Positions 49,699 to 61,037 of a DNA stretch of 64,000 nucleotides are shown piece after piece. Both the position numbers and the translations under genes were made by a program. The notes below the pieces were generated by a model. It was not told the DNA's origin, ran no database searches, and saw only the letters and a list, made by a program, of their open reading frames with translations. The DNA lies in assembly GCA_001599295.1 (NCBI GenBank), contig BCGN01000001.1:1922001-1986000 (forward strand). The letters are read 5' to 3'. Origin of the DNA: Sporopachydermia quercuum. Lineage: Eukaryota. How positions within the stretch are numbered: the first letter of the stretch is position 1; each line of letters starts with the position of its first letter.

Positions 49699-51501
49699 TT
49701 ATTCTGACACTTTCTGCTTCTTGTGAGTTGCACGAGCCTTAGGTCCCCAAAAGTCGGTAGGATTCTCTTGGAAGCGAACAATTTTGATTTTCCTAAACTC
49801 CTGTAAAGCTTTTGATGAATCATTTGGATCAAAGGATATAGACTTTGAAATGTTGGTCTCATCAGACTCAATCTTTTCAGTTCTAAGCTTATACGCTACC
49901 GAACCTTCTTGTACATTGGAATTGGATGTTTGAGGTGAAGTTTTGATATATTCCCGAAATAATTTCCATATGAATTCATATGGAGCATCGGTTTTCAAAC
50001 AGCCACGCTGAGCATGTGTTAGGGAAACAGAATACCCACCATTTGTTAAACCAGCAGCCAATGGTTCCATAGGGGGATTCATACATTTGATAACCGAAGC
50101 CAATCTACCAGGTTCAAAGTAAAATGGAGCTTCAATTTCTTGACGAGCAACAGAAAGCATTCCTTTGATTCTGTCCAATGTTCCATAAACTGAAGGATCA
50201 AGAGTTTTATGTATATCCAACATAGTGTCAATAAACTCCTTATTATGTAGAGGCCCTGCCCACATGGGACCAGCCAAATGCTGAACAGATCCACAGTGAT
50301 TGCAATGTTCCCCCACAGGTGGTCCTCTTGCAATTGAATGCTTCTTTCCTCCATTTGCAGTTATTTGTACCCTTCCCAGTGGTTGGTTCGTAACAGATTG
50401 ACAACTTGAACAGTGATAAGAAATCATTGTTTTCGAGGCTAGATCTTTCACCATTAAAGGTGAAGTCTTTATTCTAACGAATACTCGAACATAAAAATCA
50501 ATTGACAAAGATAACAAAGGTTCTATAGTACGTTTGTATTTTGCTGCTGAATTAGCAATTGCATTTAGAACAAGCCTCAAGGCAGCTTCATGCGTTGATC
50601 TCCCCCACATAGGGTTACCTCCATATAGAGCGAAACATTTCTCGGGATAGCCATTACCAGCTAATACAGATAAATCAGTACATGTAATACATAATAATCC
50701 ATCAGTTGAAACAGATCTTACTGCAGCATCCATAAAAGGAGCTGCTGTTCCATATGGATCCAAGTCAATAACATGGAATTGGTTTCCTAGATGTTGATAC
50801 ATAACCATATTAGCATCCCCCTGGTTTGATGTCACAATATTGCTAATATTATTGAATTGAACATTTCGTTCGATGTTTTCAACTGCACTAGGAGAAAAAT
50901 CGTTTGCTAATACGTTCTTGATATCAGGGATTTCTTTGGCATATCTAATAGCTCTTAAACCTGTTGCTGACAAAGCTTCCAGTATATTAATAAATGATCC
51001 TATTTCTAAATTTTTGACTTTATCTGCGGCTGGAGCCACTACTTCAGTCGACTGATTGCCATTACTATTTACTTCAGATTCAATATTCTCTGCTTTTCTC
51101 TTTTTTCTGTTATTTTTGGCTAATGTTTTCTCTTTCTTTTCTATCAATTGCTCCTTGTATCCTTGAGCCCACGCCCTAATTGCAACTGTACTCAAATCTC
51201 TATTAAACTGCTGCACTGGATTATAAAAAACTTCATTAGATTCCTTGGGGAATAAAATTGTAGCATTTCCTTCAGTTACTTTTTGGAATATTTTATTANC
51301 AATTTTCTGTTCTTCTTCTGAAGGGATCTGGTTTACTCCTTTTAATGGCTGTTCTGACTTCTGTTGCAATTGGTCTTTATTCTGGCTCATTGTTGCTGAT
51401 GATATGCTTCTTGATGGAGAGTTGAACTTTGGGATTCTAAATCTATCAAATCTTCTAAATACCTGGTTGAGTTGAGGTTGTCTTGTTATATTCTGTATCA
51501 T
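49699..51501 (-). CDS. TRM1: tRNA (guanine26-N2,N2)-dimethyltransferase
   Basis: VFYNPVQQFNRDLS, ILEALSATGLRAIRY, IDLDPYG, LSIDFYVRVF, WGPKARA. Confidence 0.97.
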   Translation of the reverse strand: MIQNITRQPQLNQVFRRFDRFRIPKFNSPSRSISSATMSQNKDQLQQKSEQPLKGVNQIPSEEEQKIXNKIFQKVTEGNATILFPKESNEVFYNPVQQFNRDLSTVAIRAWAQGYKEQLIEKKEKTLAKNNRKKRKAENIESEVNSNGNQSTEVVAPAADKVKNLEIGSFINILEALSATGLRAIRYAKEIPDIKNVLANDFSPSAVENIERNVQFNNISNIVTSNQGDANMVMYQHLGNQFHVIDLDPYGTAAPFMDAAVRSVSTDGLLCITCTDLSVLAGNGYPEKCFALYGGNPMWGRSTHEAALRLVLNAIANSAAKYKRTIEPLLSLSIDFYVRVFVRIKTSPLMVKDLASKTMISYHCSSCQSVTNQPLGRVQITANGGKKHSIARGPPVGEHCNHCGSVQHLAGPMWAGPLHNKEFIDTMLDIHKTLDPSVYGTLDRIKGMLSVARQEIEAPFYFEPGRLASVIKCMNPPMEPLAAGLTNGGYSVSLTHAQRGCLKTDAPYEFIWKLFREYIKTSPQTSNSNVQEGSVAYKLRTEKIESDETNISKSISFDPNDSSKALQEFRKIKIVRFQENPTDFWGPKARATHKKQKVSE

Positions 51502-51790
51502 ATGCTTAACTATCTTAGATCTGTCAATTGCAACTTATATCGTAGCATCTGCATCTGCATCTTTTCTTGATTTCTAAATTAAAAGTGAGTGGTTTCTGTA
51601 CATTTATATTTACTGACTATCGGCATCTATCGATCAAAGAGTATTATTTCTGAATCGATTCCGTTTCTAATACCTTTTCTTCTTACCGTTGATTTTGATA
51701 GTATATTTTTATTATTAGTATGAAAGTGANTAATAAATAGTACGTGAAACAGTGGAGGAAACATTCTGATAGATATGCCAAACTAAATAA

Positions 51791-51839
51791 AATTTTCACC
51801 ATACAAAATTTTCATTTGTATGGTGAAAAGTGAAAAATT
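51791..51839. promoter_or_regulatory. RRPE cluster in a perfect inverted repeat upstream of TRM1
   Basis: AATTTTCA twice, plus TGAAAA and TGAAAAATT. Arms 51793-51807 and 51815-51829. Confidence 0.6.
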
Positions 51840-52848
51840 ATCTACATGAGATTTTGGATGGTCAAAATCATGAATGATAGATGAACGGAAATCATTTTTT
51901 TACATATTTAGTATTCGTAATATTGATTTGTAGTTCATTTAAAGACAATAACTTTTTGGGGGATATGTTTGATTCAGTTGTAGAAATCAGACAACTCATT
52001 GTTTCAACAGTGGAAAGAATGAGTAAGTAGTATGTAGTTGAATGAATGAAAGATAGACTGAGAATGGACGTGTAGTAATCCAAAAAAAATGAGCGTAAAT
52101 ATATATAGATAATAGTAGAGATATACTATCAGCGAACGGAATACTGGATTACAATCTACGATATTCAAATGAAATGAATGAGCGTGTTATATTTGCTGGA
52201 TTTATGTATTAATAAAAAAAAATGACAAAAGAACTAATGTCCCGAATCCAGAAATGTTGTACTTGTTTGGTGAGGAAGATCATCATTTTCTTATATTATC
52301 ATTAAGCAATGCACATTATTGCTTGCCTTTACACTAACATTTCCGTTGATTTTATATCCACTATAACCAAAAAATATACATAAACTATATAGTAGGTAGT
52401 ATACACAAATTTTACACAAAAAAAAATAATTCTTCCCAGAAGTATCAATCATTCTTACCATTTTGGAATCAATGACAAGCTACTAGAGCAATATCACTTA
52501 AGAGCAAGAGAGATACTACCAAAAAACCGTTTTAATATACATGAAATGTGTCCCTCAAACAATAATCCAACAGAATTATGAAATGAAGAGAGTAAGAATA
52601 TAAAAAGAGAAAACAACACGACACAACACAACAAAATAAATATGAAATGAAATGAAACAAAGCAGAAGAGAAAAAGAAAGGACGCCAACATAAATTTATA
52701 TAAGTAGAGAACATCAAACATTAAGACATTATACCATAAGAATCATTAAAAACATATACCTTTTTTACCATACAATAACAATATAGAGAGAAAACAAACC
52801 TTCGTTGCTCTGTCGTTCTTCATCTCGTCAATCATCAATTTCTAATAT

Positions 52849-53700
52849 TCAATAGTAATCACCATTGACTAAAGAATCTAAAGCATCGTTTTGAGCTCTT
52901 ATTCTCTCATCTTCATTCAACACTTCATCTGTGACTCCTGTTGATGGATCTGCATCCAAGCCATAGCTTGCTTCATTTGCAGGATCCGATATATCATAAG
53001 TTAAAGCATTCAGAAAATCGTTTCCACCATCAACAGCAACATCAACAGTTCCAGCTTGAACGTTAACATTAGTTTTACTTTGATCCTGATTACTGCTAGC
53101 TCTACCACCACCATTTATGCTTGTTACAACGTTGATATTATCTGATGAAGCTATTGCACTATTGGTATCATTCGATGTTACAGATGATTGTAGTTTATCA
53201 TTCATGGTNGCGCCAACATGCTGTATTAAGTCATATTCACCTGATCCATTGGCGTTGGCCGATCCATTATTTCCAATATTATTACTACTGATGTCCAAAG
53301 TACTTTGGACATCAATGCCACTTTCCGCAATACCTTTATTATCACTCTCATTACTAATAACACTAATACCATTATTATTGCTATGATTATTCTCTGCACT
53401 ACCATCAGTCTCTTCAGTAGCCACATTACCTGTCTCTATGCCATTCACCGTACCATTTTCTTTCAATTTTTCTACTCTTTCCCTTTCAGCAATCTCTGCT
53501 GCTGTAAGAAATCTACCTCCTTGACCTCTTGGTCTACGCATAGCGTGTTTATGTCTTGATTCATGTAAATAGGGTCGTCTCCCTCTCGCAACTTTTAATG
53601 TTTCTTCTAATTTTGCCCGTGCAATCCGCCTTTTCAGTATTCTATGATATTGTTTAGCATTCACATAGAATGGCTGTTCAGCTGTTTCTTCTCCATTCAT
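52849..53700 (-). CDS. HAP2: CCAAT-binding factor subunit Hap2/NF-YA; start uncertain, in-frame ATGs extend to 53889
   Basis: [48 protein letters not shown]. Confidence 0.94.
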   Translation of the reverse strand: MNGEETAEQPFYVNAKQYHRILKRRIARAKLEETLKVARGRRPYLHESRHKHAMRRPRGQGGRFLTAAEIAERERVEKLKENGTVNGIETGNVATEETDGSAENNHSNNNGISVISNESDNKGIAESGIDVQSTLDISSNNIGNNGSANANGSGEYDLIQHVGXTMNDKLQSSVTSNDTNSAIASSDNINVVTSINGGGRASSNQDQSKTNVNVQAGTVDVAVDGGNDFLNALTYDISDPANEASYGLDADPSTGVTDEVLNEDERIRAQNDALDSLVNGDYY

Positions 53701-54551
53701 CTTTTGAAATTTCTTATTATAGTTTTCTCTTAGGATGTCAATGATCTCGCTATACATACAAGAAGTAACTGTCGTCCTCTTAATGTAAAAACTTATAACA
53801 GTTCTATCGCTTTGCCAATAGTTTCTGTATACCAAAATTATGAAAGAATCATCAATGGATAATTTAATTCGGTTTGGTNGAATATCCATAAAGTAATTAG
53901 CTTATTTTACTAGTATTTCCCATATACTCTATATGATGAACACCTGTTATACCTTCTACCTGCGTAGACCAATATTGCTTGAAGCGTTGTTGCCTTGAAT
54001 CTATACCTATCGAAGCCGTAACAATTGAACGAAACCCTCTCAAAAACTATTAGACAATCAATTCAGTGGAACCTACCAATAACCAATCCTTAATTCATAC
54101 CAATTAATGGTTACAGCAAATACCTTACATCTTAGTTTTATTGATNCTGTTCTCTAAGAAATTCAATTTTACAATCTCGGTTTTCTTGATGATCGTCGAT
54201 TATGATGTTTTGGGAAATCAAGGGATGGCGTCCGGGACGATTACCCGTTTAGTTGTAATGCGGAAAAATGGTGAAGCTGTCCGAAATTATATAGCCGATA
54301 TCGGATAATACTATGGGACATTGCAGTAGCGAAAGTATAGAAAGCAAACAGGGATGGCTTAAGAGACAGAAACGATTGTTGCTAGGTTTCCGAGATTTCT
54401 GTCTGTGGAATATGGAAGAGTGCGAGATTATAGAATTACCTATGCACATATTGAATAGCAAGAGCTACCTAAGGATTATGAAAATAAATTAAACATACGG
54501 GTACTTAATAGAACAAACANCTTAATTATCACTGTAGTCAACTGATCATTA

Positions 54552-57545
54552 TTAAAAGCCAAGCCTTGATAAAGCAGTTCTTGACTCGTCACTTAAATTA
54601 GGTAATACTTGGGAGGAAACGCTTCCACCTGTTTCAGAATCTAAATTTCTCAATTCGCGAATCAAAACATCTTTAACAGCCATTGTAGTATTAGATGGTG
54701 AAACATTCAATGAAATATTTGGCACAGGATCCCACGGTTTAACATTTGCAGCTGCTAGTTTTGAATAACTAGCACCAAAAGTCATATCATCAATTTCCAT
54801 TTCATCAGCGACAGCTGGACCACCAAATAGACCATTGGAAGCAAAAGCAGCACCAACAACAGGCTTCAAAATTGCTTCATTGGTGACGCTCTTGATAAGA
54901 ATATCTAAAGAAGGAATCCATTGTGAAGAGTATTTCCCACCAATGAAGTTAGGATTCTTAGTTAAAATATTAAGTAGACCTATTATCACAATCTTCTGAT
55001 CTAAAGGATTAGGGAATTTATCCACAGAAGGGATTATAAATTGCTGAAACACAGCACCGTAAACACCATCCTGTAAATCATCAAATAAATGTGTAGCAAA
55101 CAAAGGCCCATTGATCAAACCTTCATTGGCTTTATCGCCATGAGAATTTATGGTTGCCAAGAAACAATCAAATTTTGCGAACTCCTTAATATACTTCTCT
55201 GTTCTAGCGGTTTGTAATCTTTGTAAAAGCAGTCTAGCAATCTCTTTAACGTAAGGATTCAATTTATCAATAGGAATATTGGTGAAGATATACTTTAATA
55301 AATCAAATCCATAATTATCATAAGCTTTTGAGGCGATTAATTTCTGGAAAACCCCTAATAGCCCTGTAAGTAAATCCTCCGTTATAAATACTGAATAGTC
55401 GCTTCTTAGAACTGCTTCCAAGAACCTTACAATTGCTGGTATATTACCTTTAAACTCCCAGATTGAAGGGCTAAGTAAAGGCTTCGCTAGACTTCGGAAA
55501 TTTTCGCTCAATCCGTCAGATATAGGAGTTAGTTCTAAAATCAGTGAATATATTTGTAGAACATAAGGTATAAATTCAGATATATCCTCTTGCAAGATAA
55601 CTAACAGCTGAGGANCAACTAACTGTTCAATATGTTTGATACCTAATTGGTTAGAACCATATTTGACGATAACAGAGATAGCTTCAAAGGTATAATGTGT
55701 GAACTTTGGATTTGACGGGTTCTTTGCAATGAGTATAATGATTGACAATAGTTGCTTCAACGTTTCTTCACCTCCAATGTTAATCACAGTGTCTTCACTG
55801 ACTAAGAGAACTCTCATAATACATTTCATCAAGAACTCATTCTCAGCAAGCTTTTCAGGAGAGTTCCCGTTGATGACAATCAATTTGAATAAATTCACAA
55901 TCAATTCTTTCAAAATTCCTGGTGGTAAATCGTTCTTATTAAACAGCGTGCCGTTGAAATTAGGTTCAACTTTTCTTATGGCGAGGATTCTTTCAATAGT
56001 AATAGCGGCATAAGTATAAACAACATACTCATCACTAGAGAATTGCTTTGCCAATAAAGGGAAAGCTTCAAGTAATTGATTCTTTGTCAATTGATTCCTG
56101 AAAGTATAAATGTACTTTATAGCATCAACCTTCAAAATAGGATTAGTATTCTCATCGATCAAACCAGGAGCAACACTCTGAGTGAAAAAGCCAACGACAT
56201 CAAGAATTAGATTTGTTCCCGACACACCTGACTGTGTTAAGGCTCCCTTCATAGCAATCGACGAAAACAGATAAATAGCAATATCTTTTGAACGCCATTT
56301 GTTTACTCTATCAGCTTCGTATTCTTGTAAGTAATGTTCGACATATTTCATTACAACCTGAGTTACCACCGATTCAGACTTTTCCTTTAATTGTCTTAAG
56401 AAATCAGTTGCAGCTCTTCTTCTGGTATCTGAATCACTTCCTTCTAAATCTCTACGGATGTATTCAATTGGATCAAATTCAAATAACTCTTCATCAGATG
56501 GCCTGAGTCTCATGTTTGGAAGAATGATTTGATCAGTAACTTCCTGTAGGACAGGTTCTGTTTCAAAGATATGTGAGTGGCTTGGAATTTTGATTACTGC
56601 TGTTAAAAAAGATAATGCCTTTGATACTAAGAAATCATACTTAGGTTCAGGACCCGTTGTTGTAAGCAATGACCATGTTGTTTGAATAAATTCGGGTATC
56701 AAAGCATGGAATACATCTTCATACCTAACAGTATATAATTCTAGTAATTCACAGATAGCGGATTTCACTTTCTCCATAACTCCACTTTCTTCATCATCTT
56801 CAGTTTCCAACAATGGGTTCTTCAAAGTGTAATATTTGTGAACAATCTTCATACATTCTGTCATATGGTCTTCAAAAAACTCAGGAATGTCTTGACAATT
56901 CAAATCGTAATATATCTTGATCAATAGTAACAATACATCATATAAGGTTTTCACTGCTTCTTTATTGTTCTTGTTCTCCTCAATACTTTTATCTGTTTGT
57001 TGTAGTAATGCAAGGAAAGGTGAGGCAAATTTGTCTAGAACAAATTTGATCTCCAAAAACAATGCGTCAGATCTAAATAACGGTCTCCAACGTTTAAAAA
57101 TAGAATGTGCCACTGTCAAAACACCTCTATTGATAATGATATCATTACCAAGCTTTGAGATTAAATCATCAATGAGATTTGGCCATCTATCAGGAAAATC
57201 ACTGTCAGCAATGATGCTAACTGCTTCTCCAATTTGAACCTGAAGATTGGTTGGCAATTGAATCATCAATGTAATAATTTCTGATTTGATCGATTCAACA
57301 TCTTGTAAGGGTATTTGATAATTGCCATCTTCATCTGTCCATTTCCTTTTAATCAGATTTTTGAAGTACACGGCAGCTGCCAACTTGCCAGTTGGATCTG
57401 TTTCATTACTAGCAACAATGTTTAATAGCGAAATTGCAAATCCAGGATTTGATTCAAATTCTTTCAACCCCCTTTCACTTTCTTTAGCAAATTGTGGATT
57501 TAATGAATTCTTCAGTAATTGAATAACTGTTGCAAATGATGCCAT
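54552..57545 (-). CDS. CSE1: Importin-alpha re-exporter Cse1/CAS
   Basis: AAVYFKNLIKRKW, IADSDFPDRW, AHSIFKRWRPLFRSDALFLEIK, DPIEYIRRDLEGSDSDTRRRAA. Confidence 0.97.
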   Translation of the reverse strand: MASFATVIQLLKNSLNPQFAKESERGLKEFESNPGFAISLLNIVASNETDPTGKLAAAVYFKNLIKRKWTDEDGNYQIPLQDVESIKSEIITLMIQLPTNLQVQIGEAVSIIADSDFPDRWPNLIDDLISKLGNDIIINRGVLTVAHSIFKRWRPLFRSDALFLEIKFVLDKFASPFLALLQQTDKSIEENKNNKEAVKTLYDVLLLLIKIYYDLNCQDIPEFFEDHMTECMKIVHKYYTLKNPLLETEDDEESGVMEKVKSAICELLELYTVRYEDVFHALIPEFIQTTWSLLTTTGPEPKYDFLVSKALSFLTAVIKIPSHSHIFETEPVLQEVTDQIILPNMRLRPSDEELFEFDPIEYIRRDLEGSDSDTRRRAATDFLRQLKEKSESVVTQVVMKYVEHYLQEYEADRVNKWRSKDIAIYLFSSIAMKGALTQSGVSGTNLILDVVGFFTQSVAPGLIDENTNPILKVDAIKYIYTFRNQLTKNQLLEAFPLLAKQFSSDEYVVYTYAAITIERILAIRKVEPNFNGTLFNKNDLPPGILKELIVNLFKLIVINGNSPEKLAENEFLMKCIMRVLLVSEDTVINIGGEETLKQLLSIIILIAKNPSNPKFTHYTFEAISVIVKYGSNQLGIKHIEQLVXPQLLVILQEDISEFIPYVLQIYSLILELTPISDGLSENFRSLAKPLLSPSIWEFKGNIPAIVRFLEAVLRSDYSVFITEDLLTGLLGVFQKLIASKAYDNYGFDLLKYIFTNIPIDKLNPYVKEIARLLLQRLQTARTEKYIKEFAKFDCFLATINSHGDKANEGLINGPLFATHLFDDLQDGVYGAVFQQFIIPSVDKFPNPLDQKIVIIGLLNILTKNPNFIGGKYSSQWIPSLDILIKSVTNEAILKPVVGAAFASNGLFGGPAVADEMEIDDMTFGASYSKLAAANVKPWDPVPNISLNVSPSNTTMAVKDVLIRELRNLDSETGGSVSSQVLPNLSDESRTALSRLGF

Positions 57546-58583
57546 GTTGAACACGTAGGTTCTTTGTATAATTGAGTATGGCTTCCTTCAAAACCTTCAA
57601 GTTGTTGATCGTACACTCCAGATTTAGAATAATGTTGTTCGGAAGCAATATATTAATCAGAAGTCTAATTCAATTAACCACAACTTTGATATCCTTCCAA
57701 CTCCGCTCGCAGTAACAATACCAAATGTATCAAATATTAAATTGGTTCTCACTAATAAATCAATCAATCACACAGCTCAGTATAATATGATGGTAACCGC
57801 TTTCACAAGCAAAATAAACAGCCTATAATCTCAATCACTAATNGGGATCGTCATATAAATGTTAATAACAACTGAGATATATCATTAGTAGTGCATCTTG
57901 AGAAATGAATGATTTAACTATGAAAATTTCTCAATTTAGTTTCAAAGTGGAAGGGGAAAAACAAAATGTCCATAAAGAGGGGTGTGATCTTGGCTCAATT
58001 GCGATGGATGAGGTAGAAGGGGGGATAGGAGAGATGTTACAATTCCGGAAACGATTTAATTGGGGTTGAATAATTTAGAATGATTAGGGAAGTAAGANCT
58101 TGGAAAAAGTAGAAGAAAGTGTCAGAGGCTGAAAATATATATCCGNATTATTGTTAAATCAGATGAAACATTTAGTAAGGACATGATATATTTGTTTATA
58201 GCAAGTACTATAGTAATGAAAAGAATCAAGGTAAGCAGTAATTGTGTTATTTCAAACATTACAATTTGCTGGTCCTGGAGGGACAGTTGTTAAAGGTATT
58301 TCTTTGGTTATGATTATCGAAATACAAGCATAATAAATAATCAATTAGCGCATAAGGTATTGCAAATCCTAGCTGATTCCTGCCAGCTCTTTATTCTAAA
58401 CAGTTTTTGAACATCTGTTTNCGGTTCATAAATTTTCTTAGATAAGGGTACTCGATTGGTTCCATTTGAGTGATGTTATCTTTTCCGAAATTGCCATTAA
58501 CCCATTATATTAGCAACAGCTGTTGAATAGTAATACATTTACTATATAAATAAATTAGACATAATTAAACAAAAATTCATCCA

Positions 58584-59486
58584 TTATCGAATAGAAGTTT
58601 CAGAGATCATTTTTATCGATGTAAAAGGAACGGTTTTGAAATCATGTTGTGAATGAACCGTTCGCGATGGTTTGGTACCCTCCCCAACTTCTGATTCCTC
58701 TGACAGATCAACCACCGCAGCAGTACTGCAAGTTGAGCGTTAGTACTTCAAATAAGTGCAACCTAAAAAGTAAGATAATTTAAGTAATGATTGCCTTGAT
58801 ATACTTACTTGGCAGGAGAGTAAACTTTTNCAGCTCTTAAATGCGTGTCTTTTCCGCTTTGGTGATTAGCTACGACGCTGACTCTTAGTAAGAAAGCCTT
58901 TAGCACATGACTATGTTAATGTTAGATTAGAAACAAAGGGAGCAAGAAAGTAGTCTCAAAATCAACAACTTACTCTAACCTGGTGTCTTCAAATGCAATA
59001 TTAATCCACCCGTCAGGATTTTCAAGCACTACGCTTGTTACTTTTAGTAGATCATGAAATCCTGTACCTGCATAAACAATGATCTTCCAAGGTGTATAGC
59101 TTTCATCCTTTGTCAAATCAACAAATAAGCTTAATTGATATATGGATACGCGCTTACTGAAATGAATATCAAGATTATGTGGTTGTACTCCATCACTTTG
59201 CCAGTAGGTATCCGGATTATCTTCTCGTAAAGCTTCAACTCCACATCCTTGTTTAAACGATGAGAGATTCCATGATGCATGCGATCCAATGTCTACAAGG
59301 CCTTTACTTTCAGTTTCCCTTATACCTACAATTCAGTCAAAAATTAGAACCAGAAGACAGCGGTTTAACAATTGTCATAACTCTCTTAAATNTGTTCTAG
59401 GAAATCATACCTTTAGAATACTCCTCTTCCATGTTTCGAACATCATTGTCATCGTATTGAGAATTGTCTCCAATGGAGTTATCCAT
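58584..59486 (-). CDS. DOC1: APC/C subunit Apc10/Doc1. Exons 59486-59411, 59325-58974, 58910-58809, 58725-58584
   Basis: Missed by the ORF track. Spliced ASWNLSSFKQGCGVEALREDNPDTYWQSDGVQPH..DESYTP..AGTGFHDL..NHQSGKDTHLR, ending in the diagnostic IR tail (SETSIR*). Confidence 0.93.
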
Positions 59487-59915
59487 TTTGAGAAACCAGT
59501 TAAAGATTTCACAGGGTTACTATCAGCTGAGCGGCATACTATATACACATAGTAGCTAAATGGTTTCAAATATCAATTAAAAACTCGGTTTCATCAACAA
59601 AGTAATACACAATTTTAGATAGAAATACTATCAAATAGAAAAAATGATTCTCAACTGTTGATAAATGTTCCATCATATGTTTAATGTTTTCAACATGAAG
59701 TCTCCCTTAGGTGGCTCATGAAACAATGAGTATTTATTNTTAGATGATTACATAATCTAAAATCTGAGAGTTCAATAATGGGAAGAAAAGAGTAGATCAG
59801 AAGGCAGGAATATTTTGGAGAAACGAGTAGCAACTAAATATTTATGACATAAAGAACTATAATCATTTAACTATTCAATTAATTATGTATTGGATTTATC
59901 TAGAAGGATAGTTGT

Positions 59916-61037
59916 TTATTTGTCAATCTTTAGGCTGAAATCAATGATCTTTGTACCTTGATGAATAGATGAAGTACTGTAGATATCGATGTCATTACAT
60001 AAATAATTGGAAATATTCTCAGGAGTTAAACCACCACTACATTCCAATAAAAATTTCTTCACACCACTGTCACCAGATCCAAATTCCTCTGAAGTCACTG
60101 TAAGCTTTGACCATTTTTCTTTGATGGNGATAGCAGCTTGGCGAAGAGTTTCTCCTGAAAAGTTGTCCAGCATAATAATATCAGCACCAGCAGCAATAGC
60201 CTCATTTGCTTCATCAATACTTTGAACTTCAACTTCAATCTTAGTGGAAAACCCACAAACTTTTCTAGCATTGGTTACTGCAGCAGTGATGGATCCAGTA
60301 GACCAAACATGATTGTCTTTTAGCATTACCATATTACTCAAATCATACCTATGAGCATCTACACCTCCAACAAGCATTGCATATTTTTCTACTCTTCTGA
60401 AACCAGGGGTGATTTTTCTTGTACCAGCAATCAAACCTTTATAACCAGAGTTTCTGGCCAACGTTAAAATATTTCTTGACCTATTTCCATAGATTTGCAA
60501 TTGTTAGAATCATACGCTCAAGTTCCAAAATGAAGAATAAAGGATCTCCATATACGACGAAAGAATTTTTACTTACGCAGTAGCAATACCTGAAGCTCTA
60601 GCTAGAATATTCAAAGCTGTTCTTTCTGCTAGAAGGATGTCACGACATTTACCTGATACTACAGCGACAGGTACCTTGCCTGATTTAGCTGATGGATGTG
60701 ACTCAACATCGATATATATACCTTCTCCAACTAGCCATTCAACATCAAGCTCACATTGCCTAAAAACTTCCTTAGCGAATGGTACACCAGCTAAAACACC
60801 CTATAATGCAAACAGCAAGAGTTTGTTAATAAAGGTCATCTCAGTCATACATATCAGCACATAATCCAAACTTACATTTTGTTTACACCACAAGATAGCC
60901 TTTTCTTGACTTTCTCCTACAACNTATCCACCATAATCAAATGATGGAACATCTTCAGATAACCATCTTGTAACATCATCTTTCCATGCCCCACTTCGAG
61001 CTAGTAAATGCTCATATTTCAATTTAGTATCGCTCAT
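59916..61037 (-). CDS. BNA6: Quinolinate phosphoribosyltransferase. Exons 61037-60876, 60800-60577, 60480-59916
   Basis: [66 protein letters not shown]. Confidence 0.95.

Noticed and set aside
58216..58480. Several short hairpins and a possible mini-gene MKRIK|VLQILADSCQLF
   Set aside because: No branch site, a tiny product and no recognisable ncRNA boxes.
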